A DNA stretch of 52,379 nucleotides. It comes from Chiloscyllium plagiosum (taxonomy: Eukaryota). How positions within the stretch are numbered: the stretch's first letter is position 1; the number at the start of each line of letters is the position of its first letter. Shown in pieces: positions 37,670-47,267 of this stretch. The notes beneath the pieces were generated by a model. The model worked only from the letters and a program-made list of their open reading frames with translations. It was not told the origin of the DNA and did not search any database. The translations under genes and the position numbers were made by a program. The DNA is taken from the NCBI RefSeq assembly GCF_004010195.1, contig NC_057718.1, positions 87,747,781 through 87,800,159 of the forward strand. Direction: 5' to 3'.

Positions 37670-40620
37670 ATAGAGTTGTGGAGACGTACAGCATGGAAAC
37701 AGACCCTTCGGTCCAACATGTCCATGCTGATCAGATATCCCAACCCAGTCTAGTCCCACCCGCCAGCACCCGACCCATATCCCTCCAAACGCTTACTATT
37801 CATATACCCATCCAAATGCCTCTTAAATGTTGCAATTGTACCAGCCTCTATCACATCCACTGGCACTTCATTCCGTACACCTACCACCCTCTGCGTGAAA
37901 AAGTTGCCCCTCTCACCCTAAACCTATGCCCTCAAGTTCTGGACTCCCCTACCCCAGGGAAAAGACTTTGTCTATTTATCCTATCCATGCCCCTCATAAT
38001 TTTGTAAACCTCTGTAAGGTCACCCCTCAGCCTCCGACGCTCCAGGGAAAACAGCCNNNNNNNNNNNNNNNNNNNNNNNNNNNNNNNNNNNNNNNNNNNN
38101 NNNNNNNNNNNNNNNNNNNNNNNNNNNNNNNNNNNNNNNNNNNNNNNNNNNNNNNNNNNNNNNNNNNNNNNNNNNNNNNNNNNNNNNNNNNNNNNNNNNN
38201 NNNNNNNNNNNNNNNNNNNNNNNNNNNNNNNNNNNNNNNNNNNNNNNNNNNNNNNNNNNNNNNNNNNNNNNNNNNNNNNNNNNNNNNNNNNNNNNNNNNN
38301 NNNNNNNNNNNNNNNNNNNNNNNNNNNNNNNGCTCGCATCCAAATCATTTATGTAAATGACAAAAAGTAGTGGACCCAGCACCGATCCTTGTGGCATTCC
38401 ACTGGTCACAGGCCTCCAGTCTGAAAAACATCCCTCCACCACCATCCTTTGTCTTCTACCTTTGAGCCAGTTCTGTATCCAAATGGCTAGTTCTCCCTGT
38501 ATTCCATGAGATCTAACCTTGCTAATCGGTCTCCCATGGGGAACCTTGTCGAACGCCTTACTGAAATCCATATAGATCACATCTACTGCTCTGCCGTCAT
38601 CAATCTTCTTTGTTACTTCTTCAAAAAACCGTGTTGACGCAAAGCCATGTTGACTATCCCTAATCAGTCCTTGCTTTTCCAAATGCATGTACATCCTGTC
38701 CTTCAGGATTCCCTCCAACAACTTGCCCGCCACTGAGGTCAGGCTCACCGGTCTATAGTTCCCTGGCTTCTCTTTACCGCCCTTCTTAAACAGTGGCACC
38801 ACGTTTGCCAACCTCCAGTCTTCCGGCACCTCACCTGTGACTATCAATCATAAAAATATCTTAGCAAGAGGCCCAGCAATCACTTCTCTAGCTTCCCACA
38901 GAGTTCTCGGGTACACCTGATCAGGTCCTGGGGATTTATCCACCTTTAACCGTTACAAGACATCCAGCAATTCCTCCTCTGTAATCTAGACATTTTGCAA
39001 GATGTCACCATCTATTTCCCTACAGTCTATATCTTTCATATCCTTTTCCACAGTAAGTACTGATGTAGTATCTCCCCCATTTTCTGTGGCTCCACACAAA
39101 GGCTGCCTTGCTGATCTTTGAGGGACTCTATTCTCTCCCTAGTTACCCTTTTGTCCTTAATATATTGTAAAAACCCTTTGGATTCTCCTTAATTGTATTT
39201 GCCAATGCTACCTCATGTCCCTGTTTTGACATCCTGATTTCCCTCTTAAGTATACTCCTACTTTCTTTATACTCTTCTAAGGATTCACTCGATCTATCCT
39301 GTCTATACCTGACATATGCTTCCTTCTTTTTCTTAACCAAACCCTCAATTTCTTTAGTCATCCAGCATTCTCTATACCTACCAGCCTTCCCTTTCACCCT
39401 GACAGGAATATACTTTCTCTGGATTCTTATTATCTCATTTCTGAAGGTTTTCCATTTTCCAGCCGTCCCTATACCTGCGAACATCTGCCTCCAATCAGCT
39501 TTCAAATGTTCTTGCCTAATACTGTCAAAATTGGCCTTTCTCCAATTTAGAACTTCAACTTTTAGATCTGGTCTATCCTTTTCCATCACTATTTTAAAAC
39601 GAATAGAATTATGGTCGCTGGCCCCAAAGTGCTCCCCCACTGACACCTGAGTCACCTGCCCTGCCTTATTTCCCAAGAGTATGTCAAGTTTTGCACTTTC
39701 TCTAGTATGTCCATCCACATACTGAATCAGAAAATTGTCTTGTACGCAATTAAAAAATTCCTCTCCATCTAAACCTTTAACACTATGGCAGTCCCAGTCG
39801 ATGTTTGGAAAGTTAAAATCCCCTACCATAACTACCCTATTATTCTTACAGATAGCTGAGATCTCCTTACAAGTTATTTTCTCAATTTCCCTCTCACTAT
39901 TAGGGGGTCTATAATACAATCCCAATAAGGTGATCATCCCTTTCTTATTTCTCAGTTCCACCCAAATAACTTCTCTGGATGTATTCCTGGAATATCCTCC
40001 CTCAGCACAGCTGTAATGCTATCCCTTATCAAAAATGCCACTCCCCCTCCTCTCTTCCCTCCCTTTCTATCCTTCCTGTAGCATTTGTACCCTGGAACAT
40101 TAAGCTGCCAGTCCTGCCCATCCCCGAGCCACATTTCTGTAATTGCTATGAGATCCCAGTCCCATGTTCCGTGATCCAAAAATGTGAATCCTTCTCCCAT
40201 ACACCAGCTCCTGAGCCATGCATTCATCTGCTCTATCCTCCTATTTCTGCCCTCACTAGCTCGTAGCACTGGGAGAAATCCAGATATTACTACCCTAGAG
40301 GACCACCTTTTTAAATTTCTGCCTAACTCTCTCTAATCTCCCTTCAGAATCTCAATCTTTTTCCCTTCCTATATCGTTGGTTCCAATGTGGACAATGACC
40401 TCTTGCTGACCCCTCTCCCCTGTGAGAACATTCTGCACCTTCTCTGAGACATCCTTTATCCTGGCACTAGGAAAGTAACACACTATTCTGCTTTTTCTCT
40501 GCTGGCCACAGAAATGTCTGTCTGTACCTCGGACTACAGAATCTCCTAACACAATTGATCTCTTGGAAGCCGACATACCCCTCGTTGCATTAGAGCCAGT
40601 CTCAAAACCAGAAACTTGTG
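37670..40620 (-). mobile_element. Large HER1-like CR1 (ORF1 esterase plus ORF2) with internal deletions, inserted into an L2 3' fragment (about 37400-37670 and 40625-40765)
   Basis: 40352..40735 (SIVLGDSVVRG, IVHIGTNDIG), 39143..39961 (YYRPPN, GDFNFP, SDH), 38020..38847 ([26 protein letters not shown]), and a 3' UTR matching 21228ff. Confidence 0.93.
38057..38331. other. Assembly gap (275 N)
   Basis: Run of N inside the CR1 element. Confidence 1.
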
Positions 40621-40959
40621 CTCTTATACCCTCAAACACTGCTGCCCTCCTTCCAAACCTCCTCCATCTCACCATTGGCAATAATGCTTTCAGCCATCTG
40701 CTGTGGAATTCTCTCCCTAAAACTCTGCCTTTCAACTTCTGCCTTCTCTTTTTCAGGACTTAGTTAAACACATTTTTCTTGTCATTTACTTTGTTCTTCT
40801 ATATCTGCACATTCTTCATCTGTTGCTGCTACATCCCTTCATTTCTGTCATTCCTGTTTTCTCTTATTTTACATTATCTGTTGTCATGTATATTTTGTGG
40901 TATTGTTTATTGTGTATTATCTGATAATGATCCCATGGTGGAAACAAATCCAACTATGG

Positions 40960-41157
40960 TCAAGAAAGTGAGGACTGCAGATGCTGGAGATCAGAGTCGA
41001 GTGTGTGGTGCAGGGAATCAACGTTTCGGGCATGAACCCTTCATCAGGAATGAGGCCTCATTCCTGGTGAAGGATTCATGCCTGAAACGTCGGTACCCCT
41101 GCTCCTCGGATGCTATCTGACCTGCTGTGCTTTTCCAGCACCATACCCTCGACTCTT
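40960..41157. mobile_element. Head-to-head pair of family A Penelope-derived repeats, each with a hammerhead
   Basis: Palindrome centre TGAGGCCTCA at 41051-41060. TSD AACTATGG at 40952-40959 and 41158-41165. Confidence 0.82.
41016..41051 (-). ncRNA. Minimal hammerhead motif, core intact (putative)
   Basis: - strand AUUC-CUGAUGA-A-GGGU-UCAU-GCCC-GAAA-CGUU-GAUU. Stem I is weak. Confidence 0.55.
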
Positions 41158-41265
41158 AACTATGGAAAGACCACCAAAATGGTCTGAAATCTATTTTGCT
41201 TCAACTTAAAAAAAAAAGTGAAAGTGTAGTTTGTCACTTAGATTTTTCTCACAAAATTTTATGTA

Positions 41266-41606
41266 GCAAACGTTTTATTAACCAGCATCTATGGGACCAG
41301 AAGTACTCTGGTTGATCAAGAGGTCCACATAATCAATGTAAAGAGACATTAAGTAATAGAAACATAATGCAGTGTGTATACTCATCACTGTTATACTTTA
41401 TTTACAGCATAAATCATTTCAATAATAATTCAACTTTGGCTTAAATGATATTCAACAGGGAGCCTTTTCATTTGCACCCTGAACTGATTAGTCAGACTTC
41501 ACAGAGATTGCAATAACACAGTAAACTTCCGGTATTTGAGGTATACAATTTTTGACAGTTTACCAAGAGTGGTAGTTCATAAGTTGCTGGTTAAAATAAA
41601 GTTTGC
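41266..41606. mobile_element. TIR-bounded MITE (possibly Tigger/pogo-like)
   Basis: GCAAACGTTTTATTAACCAGCA (41266-41287) versus TGCTGGTTAAAATAAAGTTTGC (41585-41606), 19/22 inverted match. Confidence 0.5.
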
Positions 41607-41715
41607 ATTTCCTTGGGAAATTCATAAATATTTGTTAAATAATTTGTTGTGATCATTCTCTTGTGTATAACATATTGAGTTCTCAATGTCTGACAATGCT
41701 TTTCTTTCCTTTCAG

Positions 41716-41984
41716 AGTATAAAAAACTTGGAAATGGGACGAACACTATGAAGAAACAGGTTCCCTCCCCAGAAGCGCTAAAGGTGCTATTTCAACGAAT
41801 GCGTTACGAATACAACTTTTATAACTATGTCAAGGATCAGTTCCATTTATTGAAACAGAAGTTTGGCTTGAAGACTCGGGCTAGTGCTCCAAATAAAAAG
41901 TATGAGATTGCATCTCAGGTAGAAAGTCCTGGGCCCAGCCATGATGATGATGACAATGCATGGTTGCAAGATATTTATCGATGA
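41716..41984 (+). CDS. UST: UST/UST-like, terminal coding exon
   Basis: TTTCTTTCCTTTCAG acceptor. Encodes (E)YKKLGNGTNTMKKQVPSPEALKVLFQRMRYEYNFYNYVKDQFHLLKQKFGLK..DDDDNAWLQDIYR-TGA, followed by TAA. Matches the recalled UST C-terminus. Confidence 0.95.
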
Positions 41985-42394
41985 TAACAGCGAGCCACAT
42001 TTTGAGGACTTAAATGTGTTCTTTGCATTCACAAGGAACTGCAATTTGGTCAGGACATACTGCGGTGTTCTTGAGATTAGATTAACACATTCACAATTGC
42101 AATCAATCTTTGCAAGGCAGCTGTTTGTAACTTACACTTTTCATGCTATTGCATGATTTTTATTTTTTTTATTTCTAATGTTTCTTTACCAACTGCTGTA
42201 CCAGCAGGTGAGACACTTTCAACTATTATCTGCATTTTAAAATATATATTGAATGAATGATTTATTTAGTTACTTGTTTAAAAAATGTAAAGAGGGTAAT
42301 GCATTACGTAAGTCTGAGAAATGTACTAATCAAGTTAGATACTAGCTCATTTTCCAAAATGCTGCATCTTCAAATGGGAGGCACCATCCAAGGA

Positions 42395-42473
42395 AATAAA
42401 ATTGGACTGGGGATTTAAGAGAGTGGATCTTGTAGGGTTGGCAGCACTGTACTCAGATTTGTCAGAAAATAAA
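42395..42473 (+). terminator. Candidate UST polyadenylation signals
   Basis: AATAAA at 42395 and 42468 (also about 42728) after an AU-rich 3' UTR. Which one is used is unknown. Confidence 0.35.
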
Positions 42474-43261
42474 CAATTTTAAAGCATATCAGACATAATT
42501 CAAGATCATGTGTTAGTTACATTATCTTTTCTTTCCCGCTTACCTAATTGAAAACATTTTCAGTTGACAATTTTAGGTCTAATTGGATGCATTTTCGTAG
42601 AATCACACAGCATCTATATGGCATAGACAGTAGCAAGTCAGTCAGGGAGGCGCCACCCAATCATTTTCTCAAAATTAGTGATATGATGATGAATGTAAAT
42701 GCTGAAGAAGTTCACATACCAAGAGCAAATAAAAAAATACACCATAGAAACAGACGACACATCTCAGCCAGGCTATGCCTGCATTTATTCTCCACTTTAG
42801 AATCCTATCTGTCATCATCTAACTCCATCAATGTAGTCTTTCATCCCCTTCCTCTTTATATTTTTTTTAAGGTTCTTAAATCCATCTGTACTACTTCCCT
42901 CAATTATTCTCAATGATAACATCTTTCATATTCTCATCAGTCTCTCTCTGAGTAAGTTTCTTCAGAATTCCCAGTTGAATTCTTGGTGATCCTCTTACAT
43001 AGATGGCCTCTTTTAATTCTATCCCCACAACCAGAACACATACCAGAACTCTCTGAAAACTATCTTCGGTCAACTCAGCCATCTGCTTTTAAGAGAACGA
43101 CAACCCAGGCTGTTCCACCTTTTCTGACATATATGAATCTTTTACGTCGCTACCTCTGTGGTTCAGATAGTTTTCGGACAAGTCAAATTCCAGAGTGAAA
43201 CCTGGTTTAATAGACCATAAGTTTTAATTTTGTAGTTTGGTTACCCTGGTCAGTCAATAAG

Positions 43262-43626
43262 TATGTTGTGGTTCTGTTCGCCAAGCTGGAAATTTTTGTT
43301 GCAAACGTTTCGTCCCCTGTCTAGATGACATCCTCAGTGCTTGGGAGCCTCCTGTGAAGCGCTTCTGTGGTGTTTCCTCCGGCATTTATAGTGGCCTGTC
43401 CCTGCCGCTTCCGGTTGTCAGTTTCAGCTGTCCGCTGTAGTGGCCGGTATATTGGGTCCAGGTCGATGTGTTTGTTGATGGAGTTTGTGGATGAATGCCA
43501 TGCTTCTAGGAATTTCCTGGCTGTTCTCTGTTTGGCTTGCCCTATAATGGTAGTGTTGTTCCAGTCGAATTCATGTTGCTTGTCGTCTGCGTGTGTGGCT
43601 ACTAAGGATAGCTGGTCGTGTTGTTT
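43262..43626 (-). mobile_element. Penelope-like element 3' end: GIY-YIG endonuclease C-terminus plus pseudo-LTR
   Basis: Uninterrupted frame 43620..43321: HDQLSLVATHADDKQHEFDWNNTTIIGQAKQRTARKFLEAWHSSTNSINKHIDLDPIYRPL..STEDVI*. Shows the H..H.FDW..R.FLEAW..SIN signature. Confidence 0.85.
43301..43340 (-). ncRNA. Hammerhead ribozyme motif in the PLE pseudo-LTR (putative)
   Basis: GCA-CUGAGGA-U-GUC-A-UCU-AGAC-AGG-G-GAC-GAAA-CGUU-UGC. Stem I GCA/UGC, extended stem II, ACGU palindrome. Confidence 0.72.
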
Positions 43627-43769
43627 ACTTGTAATGAAAGCACATAACTCTATTACATATGTACATAGTTTTAGAAGATTTTTTTAAAAATCTATATGGA
43701 ATGATGTTATCATGAACAAGGAAAAAGAAAAATCAGGATGATACGTTCCATCCCTGGTACCAATAACGT

Positions 43770-44420
43770 AAGTAGAAAAATGGATGATGTCCTGAAAGCA
43801 GAATTTAGGGACTTAGGAAGTAGATTAAGAAACAGGACCCAAAAAGTAATAATATCTGGGTTACTTCCGGTGAGTAAAGAATAGGAAGTCAGTCCAGATG
43901 AATGCATAGCTGGAGAGATGGTGCAGGAGGGAGGGCTTTAGATTTCTGGAATATTAGGGCAGATTTTAGGAGAAGTAGGACCTGTACAATGCAGACGAGT
44001 TATACACGAACTGGAATGGGACCAACATCCTTACGGGAGGCTTTGCTACGGATGTTAGAGAAGATTTAAACTAACTTAGCAGGATTTGAGATTCTGAGAG
44101 AGAGGTCAGTAGGGGAAGATAAATGCCAAAATTAGAAGAGACAGCAAGTGAGTTAGGAAAGCATAGAAATTAACTGTGTCAGTTAAGGCAAAAGGAAGTT
44201 TAGCATTGTTTATTAGTATTTATTTTAATGCAAGGATTCTGATGGACAAGACATGGGAGTGTGATGTCATTGCTGTCACTGAGACAGGGTTTAGTGGGGA
44301 CAATGTTGGCAGCTCAATATTCCAGGCTATAGAGCCTTCAGGTAAGGGAGGGAAGTAAGTAGATCAGGAGGGGGTGCAAAATTTATCAGGGAATTAATTA
44401 CAACAGTAAATTGAGATAAC
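43770..44420 (+). mobile_element. CR1 ORF1/ORF2-junction relic
   Basis: VLKAEFRDLGSRLRNRTQKVIISGLLP (about 43789-43869) and IYFNAR..DVIAVTET (ORF 44176..44358). Confidence 0.7.
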
Positions 44421-45066
44421 AGTCATACTGCATTGAAGAGTCCCTTTGCTCTTTGAGTCAGTACCAACCTATGTTAATCCCACTTTCCAGCATTTGGCCC
44501 AGAGCCTTAAGTGTTATGACGAAGATTTCAAATGCATATCTGCATACCTTTTTAAAGGTTGTGAGGTTTCCCACTTCAACTACCCTCCCAGGCAGTTCAT
44601 TGTAGATTCCCACTACCCTCTGGGTGAAAATAATTTTCCTGAAATCCCCTTTAAACCTCCTGCCCTTTACCTCAAAATTATGGCCCCTTGTAACTGACCC
44701 TTTAAATAAGGGGAACAGCACTTCCTATCCACCCTGTCCATGCCCCTCAACCAGGTTCCCCCCCTCAGCATTCTCGTTTAAACAAAACAACTCAAGCTAT
44801 CCAGTAACTTTTCATAGCTAAAATGCTCTGAACCCAGGCAACATCCTTGTAAATCTTCTCTGCACTCCCTCCAGTGATTTAAAATTTCCTATAGCGTGGC
44901 AACCAAAACTCAGTACTCCAACTGTGATCTAATCAAAATTTTGTACAGCTCCAACATAACCTCCCTGCTTTTGTTATCTATGTCTGATAAAGGCAGGTAT
45001 TTCATATGTCGCCTTAACCATACTATTAACCCATCCTTCTCCCTTTGTTCCTCTGAGCTTCTTCAT

Positions 45067-45320
45067 CTTGGGTGACTGTCTGTGTGGAGTTTGCATATTC
45101 TCCCCGTGTCGGCATGGGTTTCCTCCGGGTGCTCTGGTTTCCTCCCACAGTCCAAAGATGTGCAGGTCAGGTGAACTGGCCATGCTAAATTGCCCATAGT
45201 GTTAGGTGGATTAGTCAGAGGGAAATGGATCTGGGTGGGTTACTCTTCGGAGGGTCGGTGTGGACTGGTTGGGCCAAAGGGCCTGTATCCACACTGTAGG
45301 GAATCTAATCTAATCTAATC
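45067..45320 (+). mobile_element. HE1-type V-SINE, 5'-truncated
   Basis: V-domain and tail matching the reverse complement of 14284-14530. Ends (AATCT)4. Confidence 0.9.
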
Positions 45321-45673
45321 TCCTATCATTCACTGAATACCCCATTGTCTTGTTTCTTTTTCCAGATTCACACTTTTTCCAGTGGTAAATTCAATCTGCA
45401 ATGATCTGCCTAACTGACTAACCTTATTGTAACCTAAGACCTTCTTCCTCACTATTCACAATTTAGCCAATCTTGCCATCCGTAAATTAACTTATCATCT
45501 CCTCCCATGTTTATTATGTCACAAACAAAAAGGTACCCAGCATTGATTCCTGTGTTACACCACTTGATACCAGCCTCAAGTCATACAGCCTTCTACCGCT
45601 ACCTTTTGTCACAAAGCCAATTTTGGATCCATCTTGCCAAGTTATCTTGGATCCCATGTGCTTTTGCCTTCTT

Positions 45674-46335
45674 GGTAAGATGGCAACAGCAGCAGAGTAG
45701 GAAGTGTTCGGGCACTGTGCCCATACACTCCCACTCAGCTAGCTGGCCATATTCTTGGATTTTTTTTTATTTATTTCTTTTCTCTTTTGTATCAAAATTC
45801 ACTCTTCTATGGTGAAGGAAGGTTGTGGCAGCAGTTTTGTGGATTCAGATGTCTCTTCCTCGTGGCTATGGCTTTTATCAAAGGCTTCATCATAAGTGGA
45901 TCTTGCCTGTTTATTCTCGAGCTGGTGTGGCACTTTTAGTGGTGGTGGCATAGTGGTTCATTCCTCATGGCTATGACGGCAGTGTGATGGCTTCAGAGTG
46001 TGATGGCTTAGGTGTCAGTGACTTGGGTTCGGTCTTTCCCTCCTTGTTATGGTGGTAAGTAGTGGCTTTGGTGTCTGCTTTGGCGGTGGCAGTGTGGTGG
46101 GTCTGGTCGAGAAATCCTTGCTTTTGCAGCATCAGGAGCAGCTTTGGCAGCGAAATCCCATAGCCACTTCATGAACTCCAACTGCCACAGAGGGAACAAA
46201 AAATAAACTTTGTCCTAACTTTGCTTCAATTATTTATTTTTATAATTTCTGTAATTAAAATGGCACTGAATTGTCGTGACTTATACACACCTGTGTATTT
46301 TCATAAATATAACTGACAATAAATTGCTATTCTAT
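45674..46335 (+). mobile_element. Unclassified non-coding retroposon-like insertion
   Basis: Splits a contiguous CR1 RT sequence. Starts ..AAGATGGC, has a GT-rich body, and ends TGACAATAAA..CTATTCTAT. Confidence 0.5.
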
Positions 46336-47049
46336 GTCAGTGTCCCATGTGGGACCTTGTCAAAGGCTTTGCTAAAATCCATATAAACAAATGCATCTGT
46401 ACACTTGATCACCACCTTGAAAAATTCAATCAGATTTGTTGATCTCCCTCTGACAAAACCATGATGACTATCCTTGAGATTAATTCTCCAATAGTTTGCC
46501 TACCACTGGAATGAGACTCACTGGTTTATCCCTAAATGACTGTTGTAAAATGGAGCCACATTAGCTGCCCTCTGGTCCTCTAGCACCTTCTCTGTGGCCA
46601 CAGATTTTTCAGCTTTAATAGCCTAAGGACTTCCACAAACTAAAAACTGCCCTTCTGTTCAAATGAGTGTTTTCTTCTGAACCCAATCTGCTTGTGGTTC
46701 TTGATCATCTGTCTTTTTACTGTGGATCATAAAAACTCAACCAACAAATAGCACCTATTATCTCAGATTGTTAAGTCTTTCAGCTTGTCAAATGATTCCC
46801 GGAAAGTTGATTTTTAGCTCAGTATTCAAATTATTTTCTGACCCTTCTAAAAGAATTAGAACTTCACAGTATTGAAAACCAAAATCCCATTTACCTATAC
46901 TTTAGAATCCCAAGTTCCTCAGAAGTAATAATATAAATGTTAATCGCACTTTATAAAATAAGGAACCAGAACAGTGGTTAATGCTCCACATGCACTCAAC
47001 TTGTATTGATACCTTTTTAGCCTTGAATTGCATGCACATTATATTGAAG

Positions 47050-47267
47050 TAAAGGTAAACTCACCATAATCCAGCTCTGTCTTTAGAGAGAGAGGGAGAG
47101 ATACGAACACACAACTGATGGTACTTTAACCTGTGGGCCACCACACTCTGGTAAGGAGAGAGGTTGAAAAGAACAGTCCTTCATGGTAACCTCAGCAAGT
47201 GGCAATTGAACCAATGTTGTTGGCCTTATTCTTTATCACAGAGTAGCCATCCAGCTGACTGACTCCC
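47050..47267 (-). mobile_element. tRNA-derived SINE
   Basis: - strand AGTCAGTCAGCTGGATGGC..GGTTCAATTGCC (A/B-box-like), with an internal (CT)n. Confidence 0.5.

Larger units (their letters stand above)
44420..46600 (-). mobile_element. CR1 3' half, interrupted by an HE1 SINE and an unclassified insertion
   Basis: ORF 44458..44721 (TRGHNFEVKGRRF, FTQRVV). RT resumes at about 46336 with antisense [12 protein letters not shown]. Confidence 0.7.

Noticed and set aside
37926..38360. ORFs spanning X runs
   Set aside because: Artefacts of the N gap.
41748..41984. Stand-alone 78-aa ORF
   Set aside because: It is the terminal UST exon. The splice acceptor is at 41715 and the ATG is internal.
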